From Acidobacteriota bacterium (GTDB taxonomy: Bacteria > Acidobacteriota > Terriglobia > Bryobacterales > Bryobacteraceae), in contig JBDTSJ010000095.1 in assembly GCA_039931205.1 (NCBI GenBank), positions 104 to 64,103 on the forward strand: DNA of 64,000 bases. Direction: 5' to 3'. The translations under genes and the position numbers were made by a program. Below the pieces are notes generated by a model that was not told the origin of the DNA, made no database searches, and saw only the letters and a list, made by a program, of their open reading frames with translations. The first letter of the stretch is position 1. The number at the start of each line of letters is the position of its first letter. Of this stretch, positions 53,694 through 62,468 are shown piece by piece.

Positions 53694-53864
53694 CTATTTC
53701 CGAAAGGACAGTAGGATCAGTGCAAATACCACCAGAACAACGATCCCAACAATAAGAGGTATTCGATCAACAGGCCGCACTCGAACATCCTTGCAGCCAC
53801 ACGCCTGACAGCGGCCAGTTGAATCTGCCCGCACCGTTCCGCAGTCAAAGCACTCTTTCGCCAT
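53694..53864 (-). CDS. candidate 56-aa zinc-ribbon plus single-TM protein inside the IS remnant (below track cutoff)
   Basis: MAKECFDCGTVRADSTGRCQACGCKDVRVRPVDRIPLIVGIVVLVVFALILLSFRK has CxxC...CxxC followed by a 20-residue hydrophobic helix. The Shine-Dalgarno motif is weak. Confidence 0.35.
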   Translation of the reverse strand: MAKECFDCGTVRADSTGRCQACGCKDVRVRPVDRIPLIVGIVVLVVFALILLSFRK

Positions 53865-53935
53865 CTTCACCCAATCCCCTTAGGCAAAATTGTGCCACTG
53901 TTCGAGTGTTGAAGCAAAGGGTGCGGCATGAGACG

Positions 53936-54161
53936 CTAGCACGTCATCGGGTCGGAGATGTCCCACACGCGATCCGTGAAGCCAGCAGCCATAGCCGGGG
54001 CAACGCAAGAGTGGATCTTGCAGAACTTATAGTAAAGCAAAGTGTAAGAGGAGCGCGGCACATAGATTCTCCCACTTCTTAGAGAAGCCGTTAGTCAAGC
54101 GAGTGAGACGCCGCATCAGCATGCGCATAGTCAAGTTTGGGTGCTCCACAATTGAAGTGCA
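53936..54161 (-). pseudogene. DDE transposase C-terminal fragment, frameshifted
   Basis: One frame reads ..TSIVEHPNLTMRMLMRRLTRLTNGFSKKWENLCAALLLHFAL*. After a shift near 54030 it reads LYYKFCKIHSCVAPAMAAGFTDRVWDISDPMTC*. Together they match the ..ER.NLt.Rm.mRR.TRLTN.FSKK.EN......YNF.RiH..L..tPAMAAG.tD..W.. tail common to IS1-like transposases, from memory. Confidence 0.65.
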
Positions 54162-54307
54162 AAAATGCGCGAAGGATCAGGGTCACCGCAAACTGGGACC
54201 ATTCCACGGAAGAAACCTCAGCGGGCTATAACGTCCCTCGCCTTCGGTGTTCGCCGGTAGACTTTATCGGTTGCTGAAGTTCATCAACGCACTTTTAGGA
54301 CACTACC

Positions 54308-54315
54308 CTCCAATA
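54308..54315. repeat. probable target-site duplication, right copy (CTCCAATA)
   Basis: See 53648-53655. Confidence 0.6.
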
Positions 54316-54374
54316 AGCCGCGGCGGAGTAATACCATTGCAACTTCATCTTCTCGTTCGGTGTCTAACGTGGCC

Positions 54375-55280
54375 ATGCGGACTTTTCCGATTCTCAAACT
54401 GGCTTTCGTCGGCGGGATACTGACTGCGCCTTCCATCGGGGCTCAATCCGCCCGGCCGCCGAAATTTGAGGTGGCGTCCATTAAACCTTGCCCGCCGGGA
54501 AAACCGGGATTCAGTACTCCGCGCGGAGGAGACGTTCCCGGACAAGTGCGGCTGGGCTGCTCAAGTCTGCGAGGCCTCATCACCAGTTCATACGTCTTCT
54601 ACGCGAACGGCCGTTGGAACCAACCCTCCCGCCGCATAGTGCCCATTCAGAAAGGTCCCGCCTGGATCGATTCCGAGCTCTATGCCGTCGAGGCAAAAGC
54701 AGTGGGCACTCCGAGCGCAGGCATCATGCTGGGTCCCATGATGCAGGCGCTCATCGAGGAAAGGTTCAAACTAAAACTCCATACCGAATACGAGGAGATA
54801 CCGGTTTACAACTTGTCCGTTGCGAATGGAGGCCACAAGCTACAACCCTCCCGCGAAGGCACTTGTCGATCACTGCTATCCTATGATCCGCCACCGGCTC
54901 CAGCACACGGGAAGCCTCCTCTCCCGATATGCGCTCTGCCACAAACGCTGGGCGGTGAGTTTCGCGTGAGCGGCGCCACCATGGCAGACCTTGCAGCCGC
55001 GCTTTCCCTTCCCTCGGAACTGGTGGTGGACAAGACGGGCCTCCCGGGCACGTTCGATGTTCACGTGCCGTTGACAGCCGAGTTTTCCGAGATGCTGGCG
55101 CCGCGCGCTCCATCACCGCCCCCTGGAACCGCCCGCGCGCCGGTAGGCTCGCCCAGCCTGAGCGATCTATTTGACGTGAGCCGGGCGATTGCCCAGAAGC
55201 TGGGATTACGGCTGACGCCGGCCAAGGGGCAAGGCCCCATCCTGGTGATCGATCACGTGGAGAGACCCTCTGAGAATTAA
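54375..55280 (+). CDS. TIGR03435-like soil-bacterial (Acidobacteria) secreted protein
   Basis: Start set at MRTFPILKLAFVGGILTAPSIGAQS. Hallmark ..PKFEVASIKP.. near the N-terminus and ..LVIDHVERPSEN at the C-terminus. Confidence 0.8.
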   Translation: MRTFPILKLAFVGGILTAPSIGAQSARPPKFEVASIKPCPPGKPGFSTPRGGDVPGQVRLGCSSLRGLITSSYVFYANGRWNQPSRRIVPIQKGPAWIDSELYAVEAKAVGTPSAGIMLGPMMQALIEERFKLKLHTEYEEIPVYNLSVANGGHKLQPSREGTCRSLLSYDPPPAPAHGKPPLPICALPQTLGGEFRVSGATMADLAAALSLPSELVVDKTGLPGTFDVHVPLTAEFSEMLAPRAPSPPPGTARAPVGSPSLSDLFDVSRAIAQKLGLRLTPAKGQGPILVIDHVERPSEN

Positions 55281-55298
55281 GGCAAGCTTCGAGGTGGA

Positions 55299-56414
55299 CT
55301 AAACGGCCGGTTCCATCCCAAAGCGCCGCAGCAGCAAGAACTCGGACAGATTCTCGGTGGTCAACATCCCCACCAGCCGAGCGCCTTCCATCACCAGCGC
55401 GCAACGGCCCGTACGTGCCAGCATGGGGAGCATCTCGGCCAGATCCGAAGCCGGCTCCAAGGCGAGGAAGTCGCGGTTCATCACTCCCGCCACGTACGCC
55501 TCAGGCCCTTCTCGCGCCAGCGCCCGCATCAGTCCATTGCGGTCCAGCACGCCAATCACTTGGTCGCCGTGCAGGATCGGGAAGTCCTGCTGCGCCGAAG
55601 AGAGCAGCAGGTTCGCGGCATCCCGAATGGTGTCGCCGTGCCCCAACCTGTGGAATTCCGTCATCATCGCTGCGCGCACGGGAATACCGTGGGTTAACGT
55701 GCGGCCGATGGACGCCGCGTTCTCCTGGGCCGCGCCGAGCCAAACGAAGAAGGCAAAGAAGACCAGCAGAAGCTCGGAGAACACCAGACCGTACAGACCC
55801 ATGCTGATGGCCAGCATGCGGCCCATCCACGCCGCCAGCCGGGTGGCTTCGTCTTCTGGCCGCAGGAAACTCAGCAGCGCCCGCAAGACGCGTCCGCCGT
55901 CCATGGGGAAAGCGGGCATCAGGTTGAGTCCGGCGAGCAGCAGGTTCGCGAACGCCAGCCGTTGCAGAACATTTCCGTCGGAGGGCTGTAGCAGTTCGGA
56001 GAGGTTGATGTTGACGGCCTCGCGCGCCACCGCCATGTAAACGAAGATGGCTCCCGCGAGTGCCAGATTCGTCGCCGGACCGGCCAGGGTCACCAGCAAC
56101 TCCTCGCTGGGCCGCAAACGGCGTTCCATGCGGGACAACCCGCCGATGGGAAACATCACGATCTCAAGGGTGCGGATCTTCAGCCGCGATGCCACGCCGG
56201 CATGCGCCATCTCATGTAACAGCACGCTGGCGAACAGGCCCAATAAGTACAACCCGAAATTGAGGCTGGATTCGTGGCCCAGGTCGCTCACCACCAGGAA
56301 AACTACCAACAATACAAAGGTGAAGTGCAGACGGACGGGGACCCCGCCAACATGAAAAGCCCGGACCGTACCGGCGGTCGGGGTGCGTTCGCTTAAGACG
56401 GAGAGGCGTTCCAC
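55299..56414 (-). CDS. M50 site-2 protease family zinc metalloprotease with C-terminal CBS pair
   Basis: HEMAHA (HExxH) and NLMPAFPMDGGRV (NxxPxxxxDG). The C-terminal roughly 120 aa are CBS-like. Confidence 0.85.
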   Translation of the reverse strand: MERLSVLSERTPTAGTVRAFHVGGVPVRLHFTFVLLVVFLVVSDLGHESSLNFGLYLLGLFASVLLHEMAHAGVASRLKIRTLEIVMFPIGGLSRMERRLRPSEELLVTLAGPATNLALAGAIFVYMAVAREAVNINLSELLQPSDGNVLQRLAFANLLLAGLNLMPAFPMDGGRVLRALLSFLRPEDEATRLAAWMGRMLAISMGLYGLVFSELLLVFFAFFVWLGAAQENAASIGRTLTHGIPVRAAMMTEFHRLGHGDTIRDAANLLLSSAQQDFPILHGDQVIGVLDRNGLMRALAREGPEAYVAGVMNRDFLALEPASDLAEMLPMLARTGRCALVMEGARLVGMLTTENLSEFLLLRRFGMEPAV

Positions 56415-56519
56415 ATTCCGAACATACCAGAACGTACTGTTTGTTACGCTCGGGGAAAAGCCGTGTATGCCACCAAGGGAAACTACCTAGTAAGACCAGC
56501 GTTCAGCCGGTCAAAACAC

Positions 56520-57299
56520 CTATGGAAAGCGCCGCGACCCCTGCTGGCTCTTCACACTGGGCATAGGTCCGCCGCCATCCGCCCGTCCAAACACCGGCGG
56601 AGCCTTGCTAAAATCCAGGTCGCTTTCCACGTAGTTGACCTGCCGGTCCAGGACCATTTCGACCGTAGTGCCCTTGGCCAGAACCGCGTCCGGACCGCGC
56701 GTGACCAGGATGCCGATCAGCCCGGCAGCCGCGCCCGCCGCGGCGCCAATCCCGACGCCCATGCCGGGAGCCCGCCCGATGCTGGCCAACCCGCCAATGC
56801 TGGCGCCCCACGCCGCCGTTTCGCCCACGGTGCGCACGTCACCGCCCTTATTGCCTTCGCTGGTGATGACGCCTTCTTCTTTATCCAAATTCTCAGACGC
56901 CCGCCCGTCCAGCGCGGAAAGCGTCCCACGGAAATCGCGCGTCACACCGTTGGGCAGCATCAACGTATCGAAGCGCAGGTAAAATTCTCCCTTGCCCTTC
57001 ACTTTCCCCGGCCGCTTGGTGTTGGTGATCGTGCCCATGACGTAACTTCCGGCCGGAATCACGATGCGATTGTTCACCACCACTGGGAAGCTGGTCTCGA
57101 GGTACACGCGGTCGCCCACCGCGCTGTGCTTGGTGCTGACGCTGTTGACCATTGCCAGCGGAATCCGCGTCCCGACGTCCACCAGGTAGCTCTTCTCCGT
57201 GGGCGGAGCGGTTGCCGGAGCCGCATCCTGCGCCACCAGAATCATGCCCGAAGCGAAAACCGCAGTAAATGCGCGCACGAACATAGCCATGAACCTCAT
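56520..57299 (-). CDS. secreted protein with TrbI/VirB10-like beta-barrel domain and Gly-zipper segment
   Basis: Signal peptide. ..VGTRIPLAMVNSVSTKHSAVGDRVYLETSFPVVVNNRIVIPAGSYVMGTI..FDTLMLPNG.. resembles the TrbI C-terminal pattern. It is followed by GASIGGLASIG..GMGVGIGAAAGAAAGLIG. Confidence 0.5.
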   Translation of the reverse strand: MRFMAMFVRAFTAVFASGMILVAQDAAPATAPPTEKSYLVDVGTRIPLAMVNSVSTKHSAVGDRVYLETSFPVVVNNRIVIPAGSYVMGTITNTKRPGKVKGKGEFYLRFDTLMLPNGVTRDFRGTLSALDGRASENLDKEEGVITSEGNKGGDVRTVGETAAWGASIGGLASIGRAPGMGVGIGAAAGAAAGLIGILVTRGPDAVLAKGTTVEMVLDRQVNYVESDLDFSKAPPVFGRADGGGPMPSVKSQQGSRRFP

Positions 57300-57410
57300 T
57301 CTCGAGTGTACCCCACAACCTAGCGACGCGCCGCGGCCCGGCCAGGTTTCCCCGGCTTACCTAGAGATCTCTGCAGCTTTGCGCAATGGGTTTTCACCTA
57401 CACTACATAA

Positions 57411-58310
57411 GTGGCTTCCATCTCGCTGGAGGGACTGACGAAGCGTTATGGTGCGCTGACTGCCGTCTCCAACCTCACACTTGCGGTCGAAGAAGGCGAG
57501 ATTCTGGGCTTCCTGGGTCTCAACGGGGCGGGCAAAACCACCACGATTCGCCTTCTGCTCGACCTGCTGCGTCCTTCGAGCGGCAAGGCCTCCATCTTTG
57601 GCCATGATTGCCAGTCCGATGGACTTCGCGCCCGCGCGCAAATCGGCTACCTGCCGTCGGAGATGGGTATCTATGCAGACCTCACCGGAGGCCAGCTTCT
57701 AAGCCTTCTGGACGGCCTCAATCCGCGCCCCGCGAAGCCGGCCTACGTTCGCGAGTTACAAGAGCGGCTGCAACTGCCGGACGCCGACCTGCGTCGCAAG
57801 CTGCGCGAATACAGCACCGGCATGAAGCGCAAGCTCGGTATTATCCAGGCGTTTCAAGCCGACCCGCCGTTGCTCATCCTCGACGAACCCACCGAGGGTC
57901 TGGATCCCCTCATGCAGGAATCGTTCTACAACTTGCTGTCCGACGCGCAGCGTCGCGGCCGCACCGTGTTCTTTTCCTCGCACGTGCTCACCGAAGTGGA
58001 TCGCGTGTGCCAGCGCGTGGCACTGCTTCGCAAGGGCGAACTGGTATTGCTGGACTCGGTGGAGGAATGCCGTAAGCGCGTCGCGCGGTCGGTGCTGGTG
58101 AAATTCCGCGACGTCGCTCCCGCACCGCGGGGGTTGCCTCCGGAAGTACAGATAGTGGAGACGGGTCCACGCTTCTGGAGACTCAAGGTACTCGGCCCTC
58201 TAGGCTCCTTGTTGCGGGAGCTCGCCAGCCTGCCTGTCGACGACATCGAGGTGTCCGAAGCCAAACTCGAAGATGCCGTGCTGGATTATTACCGGGGTGA
58301 TGCCGCGTGA
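57411..58310 (+). CDS. ABC transporter ATP-binding protein (ABC-2 type)
   Basis: GTG start. Walker A GLNGAGKTT, signature YSTGMKRKL and Walker B LLILDEPT. Confidence 0.85.
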   Translation: MASISLEGLTKRYGALTAVSNLTLAVEEGEILGFLGLNGAGKTTTIRLLLDLLRPSSGKASIFGHDCQSDGLRARAQIGYLPSEMGIYADLTGGQLLSLLDGLNPRPAKPAYVRELQERLQLPDADLRRKLREYSTGMKRKLGIIQAFQADPPLLILDEPTEGLDPLMQESFYNLLSDAQRRGRTVFFSSHVLTEVDRVCQRVALLRKGELVLLDSVEECRKRVARSVLVKFRDVAPAPRGLPPEVQIVETGPRFWRLKVLGPLGSLLRELASLPVDDIEVSEAKLEDAVLDYYRGDAA

Positions 58311-59125
58311 AGGCCAAGCTCATCCTGCTGGTTCATTCCTTGCGCCGCGTGCGCACGCTAGTGCTGGTGATGGGGACTCTGCTCGGACTGTTCCAAGTGA
58401 TTCTGGTGGTGGTGGCGAGCTCGTTCGAAAACTCCGGCCAGTTCGCGCAGATCGGCAACTTGTTTCCGCCGTTCATGCGCTCCTTGCTGGGACCCGCCAT
58501 GGCCAGCTTCTTGTCCTTTGAAGGCTTTCTTGGCCTGGGCTATTTCGACCCGCCGATCATCGGAGGGGCGGTGGGGCTGGCGATCGCACTTGCCACAAGA
58601 TTGACTCTGGAAGTGGAGAGCGGATTCATCGACCTGGTCCTGGCGCGGCCGGTGGCGCGGCATTGGGTGGTCACCCGTAGCATCCTGGTTATCGTGCTCT
58701 CCATCGCTGTAACTATGGGGATGATGCTGGCGGGATCCTGGATAGGCCTGCGGTTCCTGGCTCCTGCGGGGGTGATGTGGCCGTCCGCCAAGCTGCTGGG
58801 GAGTCTGGCTTTGAGTCTGGGAATGCTGGCGCTCAGTTGGTCGGGGATCGCTCTGATGATCGCGGCCGTCTCCCGGCGGCGCGGGGTTGCCAGTGGACTG
58901 TCCGGAGTGCTGGCCTTGCTGGCGTTCCTGGTCGATTATGTCGCCCGCCTGTGGGAACCCGCGAAACTGGCGGCGCGGTTTTCTCCCTTCACATATTTCA
59001 ATCCTTTGGATCTGGTGATGGGAACGCCGGTGGACACCACCAACCTGCTGGTGCTGGGCGGGATCGCAGTGGGCAGCTTCGCGGCGGCCTACGTGCTGTT
59101 CCTGCGGCGCGACATCTCCCGCTAG
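58307..59125 (+). CDS. ABC-2 type transporter permease
   Basis: 272 aa with about 6 TM segments. 4-nt overlap with the ATPase gene. Confidence 0.7.
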   Translation: MKAKLILLVHSLRRVRTLVLVMGTLLGLFQVILVVVASSFENSGQFAQIGNLFPPFMRSLLGPAMASFLSFEGFLGLGYFDPPIIGGAVGLAIALATRLTLEVESGFIDLVLARPVARHWVVTRSILVIVLSIAVTMGMMLAGSWIGLRFLAPAGVMWPSAKLLGSLALSLGMLALSWSGIALMIAAVSRRRGVASGLSGVLALLAFLVDYVARLWEPAKLAARFSPFTYFNPLDLVMGTPVDTTNLLVLGGIAVGSFAAAYVLFLRRDISR

Positions 59126-59128
59126 GGG

Positions 59129-59926
59129 TCAGCGAATCTGCAGCACTTTCCCCGCGGGGCTTCGACGTTCGGTCGTGCCCACTTGAATCTCCGGATTTAC
59201 CGCCGCGTTGTTGGGAATCTTGAGATTGATTTGGAACAAGCCCGCGAAGCCGGGGGTGGCTCCGGCGTACAGGATTCGGTCCGGGGAGACGGGAGTTCCG
59301 TTGAGCCAGACCTGAAAGCCGGTGTCGACAAGGCGGGCTGCTGAAGTCACCAGTTGATGGGCAATCGCCGGTGGCGTCGTGGGACCCAAGCCGGTGGCGT
59401 AGAGGACCACAATCTCCCCCGGCTGTGCGGGAGCGCCGCGCGTCACCAGCGGCCCGTTGCCGTGGGTGGCGATCACGTCGCCGTCGCCTTGCTCAAACAG
59501 CGCGGGCGCCGTAGCGCCTAAAGTTAGCTCGATAGCCGGGCCTGCGCGTCCGCTGTCCACCAGTTGCAGCTCGGCCTTGCCCGCGACCAGCGAAGGGGGA
59601 ATCAGTACATTCACCTGCTGCGGCGATGTGAAGTACATCGTGGCCCGGCGCTGGTTGATCAAAACCACCACCGAACTGCCGGGCAGCGAAGTAGGCAGCA
59701 CCCCGTCGCGAACGTCCTCAGCGGTGATGGCCTGGGTTGAAAACGCGAGGTTGACGCCGTAAATGCTGATGAAGGTGTTCGGCGCATACAGCCCGGCCAC
59801 ATTGGCGGCCGCGTTGGCGATACTGGAGGCCGAATAATCGGGATAGCCCGGCAGACTTGTGCGGGGAGAGCTTGACTGGGCCCGCAGCGAGAGAGCCAAC
59901 CAGAAAACGAGCGCGCGCACGACCAC
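59129..59926 (-). CDS. TIGR03437-like acidobacterial secreted protein (Ig-like repeats)
   Basis: Signal peptide. C-terminal hallmark ..ILYAGATPGFAGLFQINLKIP... Confidence 0.7.
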   Translation of the reverse strand: MVVRALVFWLALSLRAQSSSPRTSLPGYPDYSASSIANAAANVAGLYAPNTFISIYGVNLAFSTQAITAEDVRDGVLPTSLPGSSVVVLINQRRATMYFTSPQQVNVLIPPSLVAGKAELQLVDSGRAGPAIELTLGATAPALFEQGDGDVIATHGNGPLVTRGAPAQPGEIVVLYATGLGPTTPPAIAHQLVTSAARLVDTGFQVWLNGTPVSPDRILYAGATPGFAGLFQINLKIPNNAAVNPEIQVGTTERRSPAGKVLQIR

Positions 59927-59935
59927 TTAGGGTAG

Positions 59936-61063
59936 TTACGCCAGAGGCGGAGATGTCTCCAGAATTTTCTCCAGAATCTCAGGGATCTCGAAGATGGCCC
60001 GATTCTCAATGGATTTCGCCGCGGCCTGGTAGCGCGGCAGATCCGCCAGCAGCTTTTCGACCGCTGAGGCGATCCCACGGAAGTTGGGGACTACTTCGCC
60101 GACACCTTTTTCGATCACCCAGTCGGCGTTGTAACGCTCTTGCGGCAGCGTCAGGATGTTGCGTTCGACTATGACGGGGAGACCCATGGCGACAGCCTCG
60201 CTGATGCTGCCGGGGCCGGGCTTGCCGATGAAGAAATCCGCCAAGTGCATGTAATACGGGATCTCGGAAGTGAAGCCTTCCACAAAGCGCGGGGCCTGCG
60301 CGGGCATTGCTCGAAGCTCGGTAGCCAGCGCGGTGTTACGGCCACAGATCAGGACTAACTGCGTGCCAGGAAGGCGGCGCGCGATCTCCTTCATGACATT
60401 GGAACCTTGCCCTCCGAATAACACCAGACCCACGGGCTTTGCCGGGTCCAACCCCAGGCGGCGCAGTTCGGTCGCCCGGTCGACAGTGACGGGCTGATAG
60501 AAGTTGGGGCGCAGGATCATGCCGGAGGTTTTGAAGATTCTTTCCGGCGGATGTCCCAGCGCGCGGGCTTGCGCCACAGCTTTATCTGTCCCGCAGATGA
60601 AACACTGTGGCTGCGTTTCGATCCAGAAGTGTGGAGGGTAATCGGCGAAATCTGTCAGGATGGTAACGTAGGGTATCGACGGAAGCGCCGCGCGAAGGCT
60701 CTCAAAGACCACGCGATTGAAGTTAGGAATCAGCGAGACGACGATATCGGGACGGGTTTGCTTCCAATGTTGTTCCAGCAAACGAAACATCGGCCGATGG
60801 TTGAGGCGGATGACCCCGTGCATGAACTTGAGCCCCTGCGCGGAGCCCAGGGTCCAGCCCTTGGCGAGCATCAGGTTGTAGATATCTTCCAGGCGAATGC
60901 CGGTTACTTTGCGGAAGACGTCCAGGGAATCGAGGACTTCCTGCAGGTTGAGCAGACGCACATCCCAGGGTTTGCGCAGTTGTTCGACGGCGGTTTTGAG
61001 GGCGGTCGCGGCGGAGCGGTGGCCTCCGCCGGCGTCAAAGTACAGAAAATCAAATTGTTTCAC
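59936..61063 (-). CDS. MGDG-synthase-like glycosyltransferase (GT28 family, glycolipid synthase)
   Basis: N-terminus MKQFDFLYFDAGGGHRSAATALKTAVE... The C-terminal GT-B half has ..FIGKPGPGSISEA... Confidence 0.7.
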   Translation of the reverse strand: MKQFDFLYFDAGGGHRSAATALKTAVEQLRKPWDVRLLNLQEVLDSLDVFRKVTGIRLEDIYNLMLAKGWTLGSAQGLKFMHGVIRLNHRPMFRLLEQHWKQTRPDIVVSLIPNFNRVVFESLRAALPSIPYVTILTDFADYPPHFWIETQPQCFICGTDKAVAQARALGHPPERIFKTSGMILRPNFYQPVTVDRATELRRLGLDPAKPVGLVLFGGQGSNVMKEIARRLPGTQLVLICGRNTALATELRAMPAQAPRFVEGFTSEIPYYMHLADFFIGKPGPGSISEAVAMGLPVIVERNILTLPQERYNADWVIEKGVGEVVPNFRGIASAVEKLLADLPRYQAAAKSIENRAIFEIPEILEKILETSPPLA

Positions 61064-61118
61064 GAATGTTTTATACCGATGTCATACAGCGGACACGCCA
61101 CGGAGGTAAAAGGATAAC

Positions 61119-61655
61119 ATGGCGGTCCTGATTAACCTCGGACATTGGTTGGATTCCAGGGATCAGCGCCTGATGCGGCGTCTGAACCGGTGGCGCGCGC
61201 CTAAGTGGCTGCGGCTATGGATGGTGGCCGCAACTCGCGGTGGCGACGGGTGGTTATGGCTGGCGATGTCGCTGGTGGTGGCCTTGTTCGGCGGCACTCA
61301 CCGCATCGCGGCGCTCTCCGCAGCGGGGTGCTCGGTGGGAATCGGCATTGGCTTATTCATGAAATTGAAACGGATGATCGGGCGCAAACGGCCTTATAGC
61401 ATCCAGGCGCCTCGCTGGGCGAAATTGCTGCCGCCGGATCAGTTCTCCTTTCCGTCCGGGCACACGATTACGGCTTTCGCCATGGCAGTCACCTTGGGGG
61501 CATTTTATCCGGAAATGCGGCCTGGGCTATACTTTTGCGCCACCAGCATCGCGGTCTCCCGCATCTTGCTGGGCATGCACTTCCTGACCGATGTGCTCGC
61601 GGGCGCGGCGCTGGGCAGTTTGCTGGGCATTGCGGCGGCGGTTACGTTTCGCTAA
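61119..61655 (+). CDS. PAP2-family lipid phosphatase
   Basis: All three PAP2 motifs are present: KRMIGRKRPY, PSGHT and SRILLGMHFLTD. Confidence 0.85.
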   Translation: MAVLINLGHWLDSRDQRLMRRLNRWRAPKWLRLWMVAATRGGDGWLWLAMSLVVALFGGTHRIAALSAAGCSVGIGIGLFMKLKRMIGRKRPYSIQAPRWAKLLPPDQFSFPSGHTITAFAMAVTLGAFYPEMRPGLYFCATSIAVSRILLGMHFLTDVLAGAALGSLLGIAAAVTFR

Positions 61656-61667
61656 GGCTTGGGATCA

Positions 61668-62423
61668 CTAAGACTTCGCGCCACTAAACCGACGCGCCCA
61701 TTCGTTCACTTCGTCTCCGGGAAGAACTTGCCTGCGGCGGAGGGCCGCGTTCAGCATCGGCGAGGTGGGCGCTGCCTCTGGCCGCATGCGTGTGCGGTTG
61801 TGCCCGATGAAGGCGCCGCGAAGTTGGACTCCACAGCAGCGGGCGCATTGAAACATCCAATCCAGAGCCACGCTGGAGAGGCCGGAGTTCGCGTTTCCTC
61901 CACCGACGTCGGAGTGGGCGCCGCGGAACCACATCTCGGTCAGGCAGTCATCGCCTTTCAGCCGATGCAGGGGGAAATTCATGCGGGCTTCGTCGAGCGC
62001 CATGGCGTGATAGCAGTGGCCAACAGATCCGGGCAGGCCCAGCTTCCAGCCGAAGTTGATGGCGTTGCCGGGGACGCCGAAGCACGGTACCGTGTCGAAG
62101 AGCCCCAGGAAGCGGACCTTCGCGCCGGCGGGCAACGAGTTGGCAAAATGCAGGGCAAGCGCGGAGCCACGGCTGAAACCGATGATGTCGATATTCGGAT
62201 CGTTGGGATCCAAGTGGGCGAGCGCTTCCCGAACCCGCCGGCGGCCACCTGCTCCCGTTAATCCGCCGGCAAGTTTCCCGAGCCAGGAAAAACGCGTGCC
62301 GACACCGGGTTCGTAGAAGACAGCGCCGTCCTGGTAAGCGTCGCGAAACCAGACCACATTGGTATCGTGTTCCAGATCCGGCTGGTCCTGCTGCCAAGTG
62401 CCATCGAAAGCGTACAGAGCCAT
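61668..62423 (-). CDS. DUF2235-family alpha/beta hydrolase (Tle1-like lipase fold), short form
   Basis: MALYAFDGTWQ.. (DGT start typical of DUF2235), nucleophile elbow IIGFSRGSALA and ..FRGAHSDVGGG... Confidence 0.65.
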   Translation of the reverse strand: MALYAFDGTWQQDQPDLEHDTNVVWFRDAYQDGAVFYEPGVGTRFSWLGKLAGGLTGAGGRRRVREALAHLDPNDPNIDIIGFSRGSALALHFANSLPAGAKVRFLGLFDTVPCFGVPGNAINFGWKLGLPGSVGHCYHAMALDEARMNFPLHRLKGDDCLTEMWFRGAHSDVGGGNANSGLSSVALDWMFQCARCCGVQLRGAFIGHNRTRMRPEAAPTSPMLNAALRRRQVLPGDEVNEWARRFSGAKS

Positions 62424-62468
62424 GCGGATTCCCTCGCCCGCAGACTACGGCGGGGAATCGCGCGCATT

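Larger units (their letters stand above)
53656..54307 (-). mobile_element. internally deleted IS remnant (652 bp), IS1-like by its termini and transposase tail
   Basis: Perfect 17-bp terminal inverted repeats, GGTAGTGTCCTAAAAGT (53656-53672) and ACTTTTAGGACACTACC (54291-54307). Flanked by an 8-bp direct repeat (7/8). The interior is lower in GC and contains a frameshifted transposase C-terminus. Confidence 0.75.

Noticed and set aside
56463-57323. 286-aa ORF antisense to the TrbI-like gene
   Set aside because: Its Arg/His/Ala-rich translation has no signal peptide or motif. The opposite frame has a signal peptide and coherent domain pattern.
61659-62261. 200-aa ORF antisense to the DUF2235 gene
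   Set aside because: Shadow ORF. The minus-strand frame carries the DGT.. start and the GFSRG nucleophile elbow.
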